Below are positions 1-13,144 of a stretch of DNA of 64,000 nt, piece by piece; position 1 is the stretch's first letter, and every line of letters starts with the position of its first letter. The notes under the pieces are model-generated. The model did no database searches, was not told the DNA's origin, and saw only the letters and a program-made list of their open reading frames with translations. This DNA comes from Fimbriosthenelais zetlandica. Taxonomy: Eukaryota. Made by a program: the position numbers and the translations under genes. The stretch covers positions 59,830,001-59,894,000 of the forward strand of contig OZ365109.1 in NCBI GenBank assembly GCA_977030845.1, written 5' to 3'.

Positions 1-1694
1 ACCCACCTTCCCCATCACTTGAGAAGCCAACAAAAAGAGAGAGGGAGGGGATGAGGAAGGTGCTCTTCTGAACACGGCTTCCTCATTGTTACCTTCCTTC
101 CAACTCTCATCCCACTTATAACTAACTCTAACATCTCTATGATTTATTCATAGTTTCCTATCGATATGTGCCAGTGAAACTTATAGAGGAACAGGGTGAG
201 GGTGTGACTAACTAATCGAGGATTGCACATGTGTATCGACCTACGCGTTTAGAAAAAAATAGATCCTCTTGGCTTAAAAGGACCCTGGGGATAGCTCTAT
301 AGATGCCATCCAATATTGTGTCCACAAATTCTGTGTGCTCTGAAAAGTCCTCTCTTCAGCGAAATTTTATTTTTACCAGAACTACTTTTAAAAGCTGGGT
401 GGTATCAATTTGAAGGGAACTGGTATTTCTTATGGGAAACCTGAACCAGTGATCTCAGATCATTGTGCCTTGCCTCTGCATGCACAGTGCGCGACTAGTA
501 TCGTTAATGTAAACCTAGCAGGGGAAGCTGCATGCTTTTAACTCAACTTTCCAGCTTTAAACCGTTTGAAATTCTAGCTCCTAATTCGATGAGGGAAATA
601 AGTGTGTGCTACCTGCATCCCCCATGCCACGTGTACATTTTGGTTACATATTGATTCAAAGGCACAAGTAATATACATAGAAACATTAAAGGACCCTGGC
701 TGGGGATTAAACGAGACATTGAAGGAATGTGTCAACCATATCACACACTCTGTGATATAAACCTTGAGAAATTAGGACAAATTCAATCGTTTCTTCTAAG
801 ATGATGGAAATATATAACTCATAAATTCAGGTTATAACCTTGTTGTGTAGTAATTTATCTAACAAAAGACGAACGATACATTTAGCCCTATCTCCTTTAG
901 ATGTGCTGGGGCTGAACATTATCTCTGAATGAAACATCTCCGAGTCCTATATATACATCTGCCCCATCTCAGGCGCTTTGACATATTTCTCTCGTCCAAA
1001 AAAAAAGAAAAGAAATAAAATGAAAATTCTCTGGGTGAGACTTTTATACATAGGGGAATAAGAAAACATTACAAGATGGATCTGTAAAAATATGTAAGGC
1101 AAGCAACTATCAGTTTTGATTGACGAGGTAGCATGTGAAGACACATTTGTAAATGACATTGTCATGGGAAGTTAGCGGTGGAGGGATGGCTGACTGGGTT
1201 CTAGTTACCACCACACAGCCCCATGTCTGCTCACTAAAACATTTTGTCAACACACACATCGGGGAAGTACATATTTATTTCCTTCACCCATAGGAAAACG
1301 ACTGACCTCCAAAACATAAATGTACATGTATGTTAAGCATCATGATTGCACCTGCACCTGGACTTGTCATCTTCCTCCAATGTATAATGCATTCTAACTT
1401 AGCAGAAGCCTCTCTGGAGCTTGAAATCCTTTTAGTGAAGGGAGGTGCAGGTGATAGTCCTACGATTCACTATACTTAATCAGATTACCATTGATGTTTC
1501 ACAACCACATTTTATGAAGGCTTTTTTTACTGCAGTTCTTACATATAAAAATATATCATCATTTTTTATTTCCTCAGACCCATTTCCTTCCATTTTTTTC
1601 AATGGATGTTTTACAATGTTTGTTTTTGCTAAATGTAATGTAGGCCTACAGATCCAACATAGTCTTATTGTTCTTTGTGTGTTTATCTTTACAG

Positions 1695-1899
1695 GTATCC
1701 TGGGTGGATCACCATTATATACCTCTTAGTTATGAGGATAGGCGAGTTGTGGATGACCACAGGTTCAGCATTGTACGGCCGTTTATAAAGGAATGGAATC
1801 TACAGATCCGTGACGTTACGTGGGAGGATCAGGGGCAGTACCGGTGCACCGTGAATACAGTACCGGTGAAGTCAAAAATCGTCATGCTGCATGTTAAAG
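1695..1899 (+). CDS. Lachesin/DIP/IgLON-like Ig cell-adhesion gene, internal exon encoding C-terminal half of Ig1 (VSWVDHHY...WNLQIRDVTWEDQGQYRCTVNTVPVKSKIVMLHVK)
   Basis: Acceptor ttatctttacag|G at 1694/1695 and donor AAAG|gtaagt at 1899/1900. The translation carries V/I-set Ig motifs (W of strand C, L-x-I, D-x-G-x-Y-x-C) and resembles Lachesin/DIP Ig1. Starts in phase 0, ends in phase 1. Confidence 0.95.
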
Positions 1900-4800
1900 G
1901 TAAGTCATTTTCAATCAATTTTCATTTCTGGTCGTACTTGGTAGTGGGTGCCATGACAATTCCGAGAACTTGCCTTAATGTGACCCTGAGTCCTACGAAT
2001 GATTGCCTTCCTATGGAAATACATGTATGTCGGAACACAAGGGGAAAAGAAAAAGAAGAAGAAAAGGGAAAAGAAATCCAAAGATGTTCCATAGACTATC
2101 AAATTTTATAGGTTAATGGAGTGTAATCTTCCTCGGAACACCTTCAATAATATTGGATTCTGACTGATGTAGGTTTTGAAACAGTATCTAAAGTATTGAC
2201 ATATACATGTACATCCAGAACACGAGAACGTGCATCGTTTCCTTTTTGCAACTTCCAAAAGATGACTATTTTTACATCAAACGCAGGGTTCTCTATAATA
2301 TATTTCTCCTTCCTCACTGTTCCGTAGTTTGGAAGCGTTTGCATATCAGATCATTGTACGTCTTCTCTAAGGATGGTGTTGTGTCACCTAACTATATATG
2401 GGTGTGGTTCACATACTAAAGGTTGAATTTCACCATGTTATACCTCCACCTGCTGCCAGAGATTAAAGTGCTATATGGGTCTGCAGAACCCACACAAAAT
2501 GTGGTGACATAGCTGTTTCTTAGGAATATCCGTCATATCAACAAGCTTACTTGGGAAATGGTTTCTCGTATAGATTGCTCTATACATGCCTTTACTGATG
2601 AATGACAGCAAATATAGAGAAATGCATGGGGTTATAGCTGTCATTATGGCATACAAGAAGTTGCCCTCTCTCTATATGTAATTGTCATGTTTTCTGCCTG
2701 CCGCCTCAGGGCAGGAATTCTGTTATCTGGGCTGCCATTGTTAGTGCTCTGTGAAATGCTGGGCATTTACAATGATGTCCGAGCATGCATCCTCTCCACA
2801 ATTAACAATGGAATGGTATGGGAGATTATAGCCATTGCCAGACCTCCCACTGGATTAAGTGTGGATAATAAGAGATGATGCTGTGATAACGCCAGCACAA
2901 GAGCCCACAGGCCAATGTAATTCCCATGTCACCCACTAGGGGTCGTCATTGACACCTAGGGATTGGGCTGGTGCCTTGACTTCAGGCTATTCCAGCCTAA
3001 TGTCACACCCCCCTCGGCTTTCCACCCATAAATTCCCATTGAATTTGCTAATTTGATTTAGTCAGGAAGGTTGGCCGAAAAAAATGATCACTCAATTTGA
3101 TTATAAAACCAGATTCTTATGTTTCGACCGCAATATATTGACACATTTGACATAATGGGGACGCCATGTTTTATCCCCAAATGAAATCATCCCCAGGAGA
3201 TGTGCCATCGACTTCGTTCCACTTGCAAGTGATATTTCCTTTGCTCGACTTGACTGAGATAAGATATTTTGATTGTCCATCGTCCAATAATATTGTTGTA
3301 AACACAATTTTTATGGCCACAATCTGAATTCATTAGTGGAAGAAAACTGTTTTGTCCCACAACCATTTATCATCATCCTCTGCCGCAAGAAAAATTAATT
3401 TCCATACTAATTTCAGCAATTAGTGGATATCAACATCAGAAAAGCAGGAATGGGATCTATTAAGATCTTCCTAATACTCTGGCGATTCCGGGAGAGGCAG
3501 AGAACCGCTGATCAAATCTTTTTAAAATATTCCGATAATCCATCCATATAGCTCATCAAGAATGGCGGAATGATTGCATTTTTTTCATGAATATTCATGA
3601 TTTTCGAGCTGCTATATCATCATACATAATATGTAAATGAATATTATTCATTTCCCTGCAGTTGTCGATAATCAAATATGCTTTAGAAATGCTTTAGAAA
3701 GTTATCAATATCACATTATTTTGGATTAAATCCTCATTCATAATTTGGTCATATTTTGACAGATAACATCGTTGGCGTTGAGAATGAAATTTTAGTGAGG
3801 TGTTTCAAAGTGAGTGTACGTAGTTCATACTGTTACGCAGAGTATATAGTGCAAAATCACAAACATTTTATATGGAGGTGTTAATACAACGTATGTGTTT
3901 ACCGTAGGTATACAGAAAATCTATGCTCGTGTACTGAAACAGACATACATTAACGCTGAGATGTGTGTGAATGAGGGAGGAATAATAATAGTGACATCCC
4001 AAGTCCCGGAAGTGATAGACTTAGATGGAGAACATCTCAAATAAATGTGAAAGAGGACACTATAATGGAATGGTTATCGTTGTTTGGGCGCATATCGTTG
4101 CCCCAATGGAAACTGCAGGCTTACGAATAACGCAATCCAACTTACAGGTAAACTTATGTTTAGCATAGTGCGATCTGTAGTTAAAGTGGTTAAAAAATTC
4201 AAGTGGGTTCAATACCTATAATACATCCACATTCTCGAATAATTTTATTTTTGCTGCAGTTCATTATAATAGTAATTGGATTATGTGAATTGGATTATGA
4301 AACCTCCCACTGTGATTGGAAAGCCTAGTTTTCCATCCATCCTGCACTTTTTTTAAGGGTATTATTATAGTTGATGACATGCATTTTGAAAATTAATTTA
4401 CCCTTCATATAAACATTACTGTATTCGAGCATGCACTGTGTTAGATTTCTGCATATTTTATTATTGCTAATCCTGAAGATAGAGCTTAAAATGCTGCCAT
4501 TTATCTTCGTCATAAGTAAGAGACTTTATACCCTCTTATCTTTTAATCCCTGGAAGTGGCTGCAAAAAGAGCCCCGATCAAAAATGTGGGATTTGGCATT
4601 GTATAGATCACTGACTATACTATGAAATAGGACTACAAAGAGTCATTAAGCCCTTGGCTGTTTTTGATGGATGTACTCTGAGATTTTATAGTCGTTTGGT
4701 CCACATTCCTTGCTTTCTCATGAATCCTCTGCATTGCCTTGCGGGTGTTGGAAACCCAGGAAAAGATCTCCTGTTGGCTAACCTCCAGCTTCCTTCCTAG

Positions 4801-7800
4801 AAGGCTGGTCACCAAGGAAGGCTGACATTGAATTAGACCCTGGAGAAGATGGCCGAGCAAAACCCCCTCTGGAGGTAGAAGCAGTATCTTCCTCCAGTGG
4901 GAAGTGGATCAAAAGCAGCCGACCTTGCCGAGGTCACTTCCGCCAAGGCGGACATTCCACGGGCCCGCGGCGGAAATGGAGGGGCGGCTAGCAGCGTCTT
5001 TGTTTAAATTGCAGCAATTGGATGACGATCTCATAATGTGGGACCCGGGGAGCTGGATCTAATGTGGTCAGAGGCCTCGAGTGGAAATATGGAAAGGATA
5101 GCAGTTGGCAATCGTATCAGTGTCATTGGAAGCTGACATGGCCAGGCCAATAACTGCATTAGGAGGATGCTGCCCTAAGTCCAACTGGCCTCGTAGACCT
5201 AGGGTCTGGCAAGGGTCCGAGCCCACTGCCAGCTCGGCTGATATTAAATCCAGCCCCCCTGTCACATTAATTTCACCGGAGTTATCCCCAACCCAGGTCC
5301 ATCCTAAGCTTGATGTGATCAGGCTGCACTGTTTTCAGACCAAACAAAGCTTGCTGGATCGGTGGAACCCACCGGAAGGACGTGCCCAGGCTGCCATGCG
5401 AGTTTCCGGGATGTGTAACCAGATCCGGTCGGAGTTTCCCCGAGAAGCCAGCTGACACTAGACCACATGTGTACTGTTATTAGGGCTATAATCTTCTCCT
5501 TGGTAAGCATGCTCACCAAGTGATCTACATCACTTGTAAGCATTTCTTGACCCAGGAAACAATCTGTACCAAGGGTTTACTGTCTACATCAGGCATCTAA
5601 ACCATTCACCTCCTTCCTTGCGGTATAAATTGCTCTCAACCCCTGCACAAGCATCTCTGAGTTCTTTGCCTGGAAGCTATTCAAAATATCCACGGGACAA
5701 TTGTTTAACACGAACCTTATCAGTGACACACTTTAGGTTTGTACAGTACTTCAAAGCAGAGAAATGCGGGAAGGTCCCTGGGCAGTATAGCAGAGGACCT
5801 CATTATTAAGGAAAGTAATTCTTCATCAAGTGTCTTTCCGGTCTCGTGCAACTCAATAAGAGCAAAGGTCAGAGCCATCAAATAGAAGCAGGTCTGTGAC
5901 TTTATTGCCTTAATGAGAGGGTGTGGACATTGTTAGAGCCCTGCTTATTTATGCCTCTAAACACCAGCTTGGCCGGAATAACATTGAAGCTTCGTTAAGC
6001 CAGATGAGTGTCAGTACTGGTCATTGGTGGGTCATCCTATACCATACCGCTGGCGGTGCTTGAGGGTCAGTGGGTAGCTTCATCAGGCGACACAGGTCAA
6101 CAGAAAGAATCTAATGGAAATTGCCCTCGCAATGCAAGTCTCTGAATGCTTATCAAGACATCAGTCTAATCCATTAGATCAATATGCCTTGTCTTGTAGG
6201 CCTATACCTAATAATTCCATGTCGTAGCAACTTTAATTATATCATACCCAGATATCTCTTTTTTGTTAAGTCTTACAAAAACCAATTAAAATAGCTGAAA
6301 TAATGCGCTCAATCACTTACAGTTAATTTAGCCTGCCTATCAGAAATGATTCATAAGACACATGATTAATGTTCGTTAAATACGAGGACCATTCCAGTGT
6401 CTAATCATCTTCTTTCTTTTTTTGCTCCAGTATAGCAATTACATCCAGGCATCACCTACATGGTACATTTGTCACATTATTATTATCCTATGTTAATTTT
6501 AGTTGCTGAGCAGAATGAGAATATTAACTGCTTTACTTTCTTCACGCCTTCTACAGTGACTTTTTACTTCATCTAGTCCTGAAACTGGTATAAACGTTAA
6601 CGTTTAGGATAAATGAGTGCACAAGAAACAATATTGCTTTAATTAGGCGAATGGACGCTAATTTCCAATAGGCCTTGGATGCCGCATTTAATCGGGAGAG
6701 AAAGGCAAAAGACTTGAGTTTTTCCTTAATTGAACATTGAATATTCCATCCCTTCTGGGACAGACCCCTTAAAGTCGTTTCAATTGAGATTCTTATCTTA
6801 ATACAGGCTGCTCCTATGAAAATAGGGCAGTGTAGAGGGTGTTTAATTTTACCATATGAGAAATAGGGCCTTTTAACATTCCCTCCGTAATGGAGAACCC
6901 TTGGTGGAAAGGCTGCCTAATCAGTCTTTTTGGCTTAGGGAATTTTTGTCATTCTCTGCCCACGTTCTTCGTGGCCAAATAAATCTGTTCGAGTAATCTC
7001 CGCGACGGGTAATTCAATCAAGGGTGTGCAATGAACATTGTAATTGATTTAGCTTGATTGGTAGGAGCAGATAGGCTGTACAGACAATTACAGCTATCGG
7101 GCTAGGCCATAGATGGTTCCTGATCGGAGATAGGCAGAACTTGCGCGCACACCCTCCCATGGCTACAGAGAGCAATATGGCTTATCAGTGGTCATATATA
7201 GGTGCTGGCTTTGTCCCACTAATGCCTTTGCATAAATAACTTTGGCCAGGGAGACGTAGTTGCAAGAGAAGCAATGGCTGGATTTATATAGTAGTGTGAG
7301 TGAATAAAGTTTCACTGAAGTAGGAGTGGGAGCTGGAGGAGCAACTCTGGTACATTCTAGTCGGGAGTTACTCAATTTGTTTTGGGAGGGAAAGTGTTCT
7401 GGCCGAAGAGTAGCCGGCTGATCAAGGGCCTGTCCATGCCGGGCGAGACTCACACCCCGCACCTGATGAGTCTTTAATTCCATTAGTCACTGCATTTCTT
7501 CACAGTCGCCACTTCCTTCCTACACAATTACCTCAAATGCCGAGGGGATTGGCCGAAGACGAACACACACCTGCCTTTGGTGGAATTCTCATCGTGAGGT
7601 GAACCTCTGTCACTTGTCAAAACCTGAGTTGTTCATAGGGGAAGCTTGAGAAAATCCCGGCTACATGAGGCGAATGGGAAACATGCTGGGAGCAAATTAG
7701 ATGTTGCTTCGGCTAAAGAAAGTCATAAATCATGAAGGTAATTTGCCTTCAATATGTCCCGCTCATAAACAGGATGGTGTTTATTGAACGGGTTTAACTA

Positions 7801-9439
7801 GCCTGGCCTCTACACGGTGATGGTGCGCAATGAACCTTAAGTACTTCACATGTCTTATAACAGTATCCTATTCTGGTTAGCCCAAGATTGTTTAAATCAT
7901 TTCCCAAAACTTGCAAGAATGTCTAGAAAACAAGATATCACAAGTTCCAGTGATTTTAAACCCCAGCACTACCATTCTGTGGTTGAAATAAACACACATA
8001 TTGAATCAATTGAAGCTTAAAGAGCCACATATATAATGGTGATGGATCTAATTTACCATGCTGTACATTTACAGACCTGCCTGTCTCTGGGGAGAAAAAT
8101 CCTACATAATTTGAATGGACTGACTCTGGAATGTAACGAACGAGATAATTCTCTCAGCTAGCTTTCTCCCTCTATCATAATAATCAATCAAGTCTTCCCC
8201 TGCCAATGCTTACCACTGAAAATGTCCTTTGAGAGAAGCATAGGTTTTGCCCTCTCTGAATTACATTGATGGAGGTGCGGTTTCATTTTGAAACTGAATC
8301 AGAGGATTCACTCCGGGCCACAGATTGGGCACCGCGCGAATGGCGAGGTTTGAAGATGATGCAATTATGAGAGTTATGAATGAGGCAATAATCGACTGAT
8401 TAGTTAGCCAGACTCAATACTTCATATCTGTCCTTCAATAAATCCCATCTTCGCTGCTTTAAAACTGATTCACTGTTTCAGCCATAGTGACTGCCTTTGA
8501 TGATACACACAATCTGTGTGGTATAAATCAGGCCATGAAGTCAGCTTGGGCCACTGACAATCTGCATTGCCTCAGGAAGATCCGAGAACAAAACTGTTTT
8601 ATACAGATGATGAAAGTTTCACATCGTTGATTATTCCATCCTTCTGCCATTTTTTTTTTTTACATAAAATCATTGAGTTTCAAAATGAAGGCCGAAAAGG
8701 TTCAGTTACAATATTCCAGGATGCTTCTGGATCGGAAACCACATTTCTAACATGCTGTCATAAAACTGTCTAGAAGCACTCAATATTAAGCAATGGGAAT
8801 ATATTTGAGCGCATCTGCTGACACCAGAGGAATTGGGTTCTTGAACCATCAGAAGAGACTCAGCAGTAGCTCTGCCAATATAGCAGTCCTACGAGCCAGT
8901 AGCAACTCCCCGTCTGACTAAATACCCCATAGGCTTCCATTGGCTCTACACGAAAGGGCCCGCAGGGGTATTTGTACAAGGTGAAAGCTATTAAGAGCTG
9001 TACACTATATTCCAGAGGCCGTAAGGAAAAGGGTCCATTATTGAATGTTCCCGACATCAGTTGTGCCTTGGGGTAATCTTTTTTCATTGAGAAACATTAG
9101 ATAAGATCAGTGATTCAGTAGGGATTCGCTACACGGCTATATCTCCGCTTTCAGTTTATTAAGCCTGGAAGATGCTTCCCAGTGCATTTTGTGGTTTACT
9201 TAATCTTGAATGCTCTCGGGCGAATCATTTTGATTTTCCCTTTTTCAAACAAAGCTCTGGTTCCATACACGAGGTGACCTCGAAGATGGGACGGGGTACA
9301 CCAAGGACATGCCTGGAATGTTACTATAAATAGAACTCCATAGACTTGGCTCCCCAAAGCAAACTAAAAGTAAATAGAGGACATTCTCGAATCATGATAT
9401 AGAATTTCATAAAAACTTATCAGCATCAGCGATACATTT

Positions 9440-9532
9440 CAGGCGTTTCCGTTTAAGGTGCGCACCTTAAATCTGCACGAGAAACTGAGGGCCCCAATGA
9501 ATTATTGAGGGGCCCCATTTTTTGCGGCCCTG
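9440..9532. mobile_element. Possible short non-autonomous DNA-transposon relic (CAGG...CCTG ends)
   Basis: Begins caggcg and ends gccctg. Contains a perfect 20-bp palindrome tttaaggtgcgcaccttaaa (9452-9471) and two near-identical direct repeats tgaggg(g)cccca. No clear target-site duplication. Confidence 0.3.
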
Positions 9533-12500
9533 AATTTTCCATAAGGAAAAGCCTGAATTTCATTAATATCATTCATTATGCACCCAAATGGCTTAATTAT
9601 ATTATTTGAGTCGTTCTTACTAGTGAATTTAATGTGGAAGAATTTTCCCCTGAATTGAGGCTGACATAGGACATAATCAGTGCTGGAATTTGAGAAGAGC
9701 AGGGGGAAGTACTGGTGAGAGTTGGGTGTCTCGTGTTGTGGCCTCCGGCCTTGGTGAGTGTCAGTAGTTTGGCTTGGACATGCTGCTCGTGTCAAGGCTG
9801 CAACTCAGGTGGAGGCATTAACATGTCCTTGTGGCACCCACCATGAGGTTATAATAATACAGGACCCATTGTCCTTTTATGGGAGGAATAAAAGGTGCGC
9901 CAAATAATTATCAGTTCATCACTGTGTTACAGTATTTGATATTTAGCGAATAGAACAGGGGCTGATATGAGGACACCTTCTGTTGGGATTTAGGGTTTCA
10001 TTAGTACACAAAGCTTTGATAATGACAATCATAACCACTCCGAGAAAACCATTTTCAGTTACAGGTCAGCAGTAAGTAAATAATGGTTTATGAGAGCGCC
10101 GTGCACTATGGGATTAGTGAATGGGTACAGAACACAGAAAAGGGGTTGCAGTGTACTAGAGTTATTTGCGAGACCATTGACAATCGGTTTGTATAGAATT
10201 GTAACAGCATTTAATAACCCCACAGAACATGTATAGACTGATGAAGAATTGCATTTTTGTTGAAAAACAACACACCAGAGGCCAAAGATGCGGTCATTGG
10301 GCACTATGTCGAATACTGATAATGTCGTCAGTCTACTAACAGTAAATCTGCCGTACAACATTTAGGACTATAATACTACTGAGTTCTTTAAATGTGTCGA
10401 TCGTATTGACTTATACTTTAAGAGTGTTTACTCTGATGATTGCCTCGCAAATCTTCACAATCCATACAGAATCAAACCATCCTGATGCCGGTATAATGGT
10501 TTCTCAATTTACCGGCAAATCTTGTTGCATTTGCGTGCATTGAAGGAATCCAGTCAAAGAGGTCTTTAGGTAATCTTACCACATAAGATCAATAGATATT
10601 TCGACTATAGCGTCTGTGTCCCATTAGGATGAGCAATCTCATTTTCCTAGCCATTGTAGGTATACTGTAAAAAAAAATCTCTATGCCTGATATAGACGTG
10701 TTGCTGGGCTATAACAAGGGCCTTGTTTACAATGGCCATTCATGAGAGCAATTCAAGCTCATAGGACTCAAGGCTGTCTACACGTTTGATGGTGGCATGA
10801 AAGGAGACGAGGGGCTAGAGAGAAAGGTCACAATGAAGAACATGTCAAGGTCCCATATTGAGCGTAAAGAGCACGCAAAAAAGCACGTGTGAGTATGTGT
10901 GGTGGTGTTCAGAAAGGAAAGACTGACAATGCTTCAGTATCATAAAAAGAACATAAAGGGTGATCCGAGATCGATCAGAACAAGGTCATGAAAAGATGTC
11001 CCTGAAATGTCACTTCCAGCTGTGGCCCTATTACTACCTCTAACAACCAACTGATAACAAACGAATCAATTTGGTGTTCTAATTGTGTATCATTGCGATT
11101 AATATCCTATGGTTAATGATTAATTATTGGTCATTAGGGCTGCTTTTGTCAAGGCCAGGAGAGCATTAAGCATCATGAACATTTTTTAATGAGCCTTTGC
11201 CCAGTGGATTTGGCTTACGGGTAAAAAGGAATTAAAGATTCATAGCCTTGCTTGTATTTGTGGGTATTAGCGGCCTTTGTTAAATACGGAATTATGTGGA
11301 GCACGATTATGTGAAGTCTCGGGTGGGTAGTAGGTTACAATCTGTAGGCACGTGAGTGTATCAGTCGGCCATTGCATGGCTCGACCCACTAACCCAGTAC
11401 CTGATAAAAAATTATGATCTCTCAGGATGATGACTTCCTTTCAGTATGCGATGGGTCCCTCAGGTTGTCTCTTCCCCTTTTCATATTTCCCTTTCACCTT
11501 CCCTTTTTTGGAATCTACCCTTTAGTTAATGTGGTGGAATTTCCTGCCATTTATATATTTTAGTGGCATCCTATTATGCAAGACATTGTTATACATAGAA
11601 ATGTTGTATATTCCAAACCACAGACTCAATGATAAAGCATAGTTCTAAAGAAGTAAAAGGAAATTTTAGACCACTTAGGAGCCAGCCTTGCATCACCGAA
11701 GCTTTCAGCTTTTGGCAAGAAAGCTCTGAAAGCTCCCATTCAAAAGGATGGATTAAGGTTCATCTCGCGCCCAGTGGTAGATTATGGTGAGATTTATCGG
11801 GAGGTAATTCTTATTGATGATCATGTCCGGGCGAGTGGCTGATAGGACAGCTATCGTCCATCATACCCGTGGGACGAGCAACTGATAGATCTTGTTGGCG
11901 TGCCGGAACTGCCTACCCGACACCAGGTGGACAGATTGTTACTGATACTGAAGAGTTTTCTATCGTGTTCCCATCCCATCACTGCGTCATATTTATAGTT
12001 ATGCAGCGGGCAGTTTTCTGTAAATATTTCATGGTCTTTTATTCCAATGGTCCTGAGTTGATACGAGACTTCGGTTTCTCACGTATGCAAGGCCTCCGTG
12101 TATTAAGATGGCCGCCATTAAAAACACTATTCTGCATCTTCATCCTACTATGTTCTGGCCCAGAATGATAGGCTGTAATTACTATAGTGGGATAATTTAT
12201 TATACCTGTCGTAACTCAGACAGTGCTATACATCATGGAGACAGAAGGAAAGCACATGCACATGTCCCCGCCATATTAATATTGCATACCAAGCTCACAA
12301 TGCATTGTAGCCCTGTCTGCCTGCTCATAATTATAACACCACTCCAGCATGGGAGACCTTCATCGTATCATTGTCCATCTACCACCGAAGCCTGAGCATG
12401 TTTCGAGATCATTATTTCCTCTGTATAGACAGACATGTTATACCACATCTATAGATGCTATTGCCAGGCTTTTATTCCACATATAGACTCAGAATGTATG

Positions 12501-13077
12501 ATTATAATCTATACCTCAGTTGTCTTCCCAGAGGGAATATGGACTCTAGATTGCAGCTATCCAGGCATGGCCGATTATCCCTCATACTGAGTATGTACTG
12601 GAGGTAATGAGTGCAAACAGAGTACATCTTTCTGTGGACAGAGAGACCAGTTAGGATGAGCCTCCTGTCTTTGCCCCACCGAGGTCTCTTTCATTCTGTG
12701 TGTTTAGCTGATGTGATGACCAAGCAGCAGAAACACGGATGGAGATCATGCAAGGCGCTGCTTTCCCCTTGGCACACCTGCAGACTTTCACACTAATGGT
12801 TGTCAATAATGCATAAGCAGGCAATTAATTTACATCAGACTCTGGTTTAGAGCCTTAAATAGATTTTCGAAAAAAAAAGATAAAAGCGTTATAATTACTT
12901 ATTAGCATTTTTTTTCTTAGATGTAAGGCAAAATCTTTTGACACAGGGGACGGATCTGTACGAGATGGTTCTTCTGTAACTGTTGCCTTACATTGCGAAG
13001 TATGTTTCTAGGAAGAGTAGAACTCCATGCTACAATAACATGTTATGCCCAATGCTACGAGAATATTTCATACACTG

Positions 13078-13144
13078 GGGCCTGTTTTCAAAGGAATATC
13101 AGCAATACTAAGTCTATGGCTAATATTCCTTTTGAAACAGGCTC
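13078..13144. mobile_element. Palindromic MITE, PIF/Harbinger-like
   Basis: Arms 13075-13103 and 13119-13147 match at 24 of 29 positions around a 15-nt spacer. Termini GGGCCTGTTT...AAACAGGCTC are flanked on both sides by CTG, the CWG-type 3-bp TSD known for animal Harbinger elements. Confidence 0.55.

Noticed and set aside
10059-10361. Minus-strand ORF containing FTNPIVHG, reminiscent of GPCR TM7 NPxxY
   Set aside because: Tyr is absent, there is no TM6 CWxP or other GPCR motif, and no supporting exons.
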